DNA of 64,000 nt from Candidatus Hydrogenedentota bacterium (GTDB lineage Bacteria; Hydrogenedentota; Hydrogenedentia; Hydrogenedentales; JAEUWI01). The translations under genes were made by a program, and so were the position numbers. The stretch covers positions 9,658 to 73,657 of the forward strand of contig JAEUWI010000022.1 in assembly GCA_016791475.1 (NCBI GenBank), written 5' to 3'. Under the pieces are notes generated by a model. It was not told the origin of the DNA and ran no database searches. It was given only the letters and a program-made list of their open reading frames with translations. Every line of letters starts with the position of its first letter. Position 1 is the first letter of the stretch. Below, one piece after another: positions 62,699 to 64,000 of this stretch.

Positions 62699-62737
62699 CC
62701 AACACAAAGGAGCCTGCGGCGTTTGGCCGCAGGCTCC
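62699..62737 (-). terminator. rho-independent terminator of the glutamine synthetase gene
   Basis: 12-bp stem GGAGCCTGCGGC (62709-62720) / GCCGCAGGCTCC (62726-62737) with loop GTTTG. On the minus strand it is followed by TTTGTGTT. Confidence 0.65.
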
Positions 62738-62766
62738 CGAATTGGTGTCTGTCTAACTCCCGGCCC

Positions 62767-64000
62767 TTAGCGGACGAAGAGCATTTCCTGGTAGGTCGGC
62801 AGGGGCCAGTGATCATCGGCTACGATGGTCTCCAGTTCGTCCACCACCGAGCGCAGGGCCACCATCGCGGGGATGATGACGTCGCGGCAGTAGTTGCAGC
62901 CCGCTTCCGGATCGTGGGGCTCGCCCGCTTTGGCCGTGCCGAGGGTCTTGAGGGCGCCCTGGAGGTCGGCGATGAGCTTGGTGATGTACTTGAGGGTGTC
63001 GGCATCGGTCTCGATGCCCACGGCCTTCAGGTTCGCGAGGCTGGTGGCCAGCTCTCCCTGGTAGCGGATGGCCGCCGGGAAGATCATCGTCTGGGCAATC
63101 TCGAGCATCAGGTTCGATTCGACGTTGATGCTCTTGATGTACTGCTCGGCATAGACCTCATAGCGGCTTTCCGTTTCGCGGGGCGTAAGCACTTCGTATT
63201 TCTCGAAGAGGTCGTACACCGCCTTGTCCTTCAGCGCGGGCAGCGCGTCCGGCGTGGTCTTCAGATTGGGCAGGCCGCGCTTGGCCGCTTCCTGATGCCA
63301 CGCTTCGGAATAGCCGTCGCCGTTGAACACAATGGTCTGGCATTCAAGGTAGACCTCTTTCACCAGCTCTTCCACCGCGGCGCCGAGCTTCTTCGGGCTG
63401 CTGGTATCGGCCGCTTCAAGCTTCGTGGCGCAATAGTCGAGTGCTTCGGCCATGATCGTATTCAGGGCGACCAGGGGACCGGCGATGGACTGGCCGGAAC
63501 CCACGGCACGGAACTCGAAACGGTTGCCGGTAAAGGCCATGGGGCTGGTGCGGTTGCGATCGCCGGAGTGCCGGGGAATTTCCGGCAGCACATCGGCGCC
63601 CACGTGCATCACCTTCTCGCGCGACTTCATGGGCTTGCCCGTGGCGATGGACTCGATCACTTCCGTGAGCTCGTCGCCCAGGAAGATGGAGAGAATCGCG
63701 GGGGGCGCTTCGTTGGCGCCGAGACGGTGGTCATTGGAGGCACTGGCCACCACGGCGCGAAGCAGGGGCGACCACTTGTAGACGGCCCGAATCATCGCTG
63801 CGCAGAACACGAGGAACTGGGCGTTTTCCGCCGGGGTGTCACCGGGATCGAAGAGGTTGCCGGCGTCGGCCGAACCCATGGAGAAGTTCAGGTGCTTGCC
63901 GGAGCCGTTCACGCCCTTGAAAGGCTTCTCGTGAAGGAGGCAAACCATGCCATACTTCTCGGCAACCTTTTTCAAGGTTACCATGATGAGCTGCTGGTGG
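62767..64000 (-). CDS. glnN: type III glutamine synthetase (GlnN), C-terminal part; the gene continues beyond the window edge
   Basis: Motifs [20 protein letters not shown] and [20 protein letters not shown]. The reading frame stays open to position 64000 (..[11 protein letters not shown]..). Confidence 0.85.
   Translation of the reverse strand, partial: HQQLIMVTLKKVAEKYGMVCLLHEKPFKGVNGSGKHLNFSMGSADAGNLFDPGDTPAENAQFLVFCAAMIRAVYKWSPLLRAVVASASNDHRLGANEAPPAILSIFLGDELTEVIESIATGKPMKSREKVMHVGADVLPEIPRHSGDRNRTSPMAFTGNRFEFRAVGSGQSIAGPLVALNTIMAEALDYCATKLEAADTSSPKKLGAAVEELVKEVYLECQTIVFNGDGYSEAWHQEAAKRGLPNLKTTPDALPALKDKAVYDLFEKYEVLTPRETESRYEVYAEQYIKSINVESNLMLEIAQTMIFPAAIRYQGELATSLANLKAVGIETDADTLKYITKLIADLQGALKTLGTAKAGEPHDPEAGCNYCRDVIIPAMVALRSVVDELETIVADDHWPLPTYQEMLFVR

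Overview
Visibly GC-rich (not computed) chromosomal segment from a diderm, flagellated bacterium. The gene content is reminiscent of PVC-superphylum or related uncultured lineages: a DUF1800/DUF1501 pair, a prepilin-type pilin, a type III glutamine synthetase and many Sec/TAT-signal glycan-active enzymes. Taxonomy cannot be fixed without a database search. I call 55 protein-coding genes. I see no rRNA, tRNA, CRISPR array, IS element or prophage signature. All family calls are by-eye motif recognition, and start codons were re-derived from the ORF track plus Shine-Dalgarno inspection. Several genes only make sense with TTG/GTG starts.

Layout:
- 0.1-15.3 kb: secreted-enzyme island. It holds a beta-propeller, two tandem purple-acid-phosphatase-like paralogs, a beta-helix protein, a TIM-barrel hydrolase, YaiI, an FAD oxidoreductase, an NHL propeller, a CN-hydrolase and YceI.
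- 15.3-22.3 kb: minus-strand flagellar cluster flgF-flgG-flgA-flgH-flgI-flgJ(rod-binding only), followed by EF-hand ORF-flgN-flgL.
- 22.4-47.6 kb: housekeeping and signalling genes. These are MTHFS, IMPase, an orphan pilin, a PilZ operon, TonB-like/ExbB, a hybrid histidine kinase, an FHA-GAF adenylate cyclase, RsmA, an NtrB-like kinase, an ECF sigma/anti-sigma unit embedded in a DUF1800/DUF1501 operon, and an FHA-GAF-AAA+ regulator.
- 47.7-59.6 kb: second glycan/uronate island. It holds a WbsX-like hydrolase, an SSF transporter-aminotransferase-M81 peptidase operon, heparinase II/III, FAH, an SGNH hydrolase and a CE12 esterase.
- 60-64 kb: sarcosine-oxidase-like flavoprotein, TerB, a lipoprotein and a partial GSIII.

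Most notable observations:
- A small protein with two canonical EF-hand loops sits at the flgM position. It lies behind a sigma28-type promoter and is translationally coupled to flgN.
- Near-consensus sigma54 promoters precede both flgF and the orphan pilin gene.
- The only enhancer-binding-protein homolog in the window lacks GAFTGA and has a Walker B Asp->Arg substitution.
- Several intergenic regions of the glycan islands each carry their own dense array of short repeats: GGACNGTCC palindromes, 9-bp-phased GTCCAC, AGACCCATA x4, TTGACAG x3 and TCCGTG/CACGGA x8.
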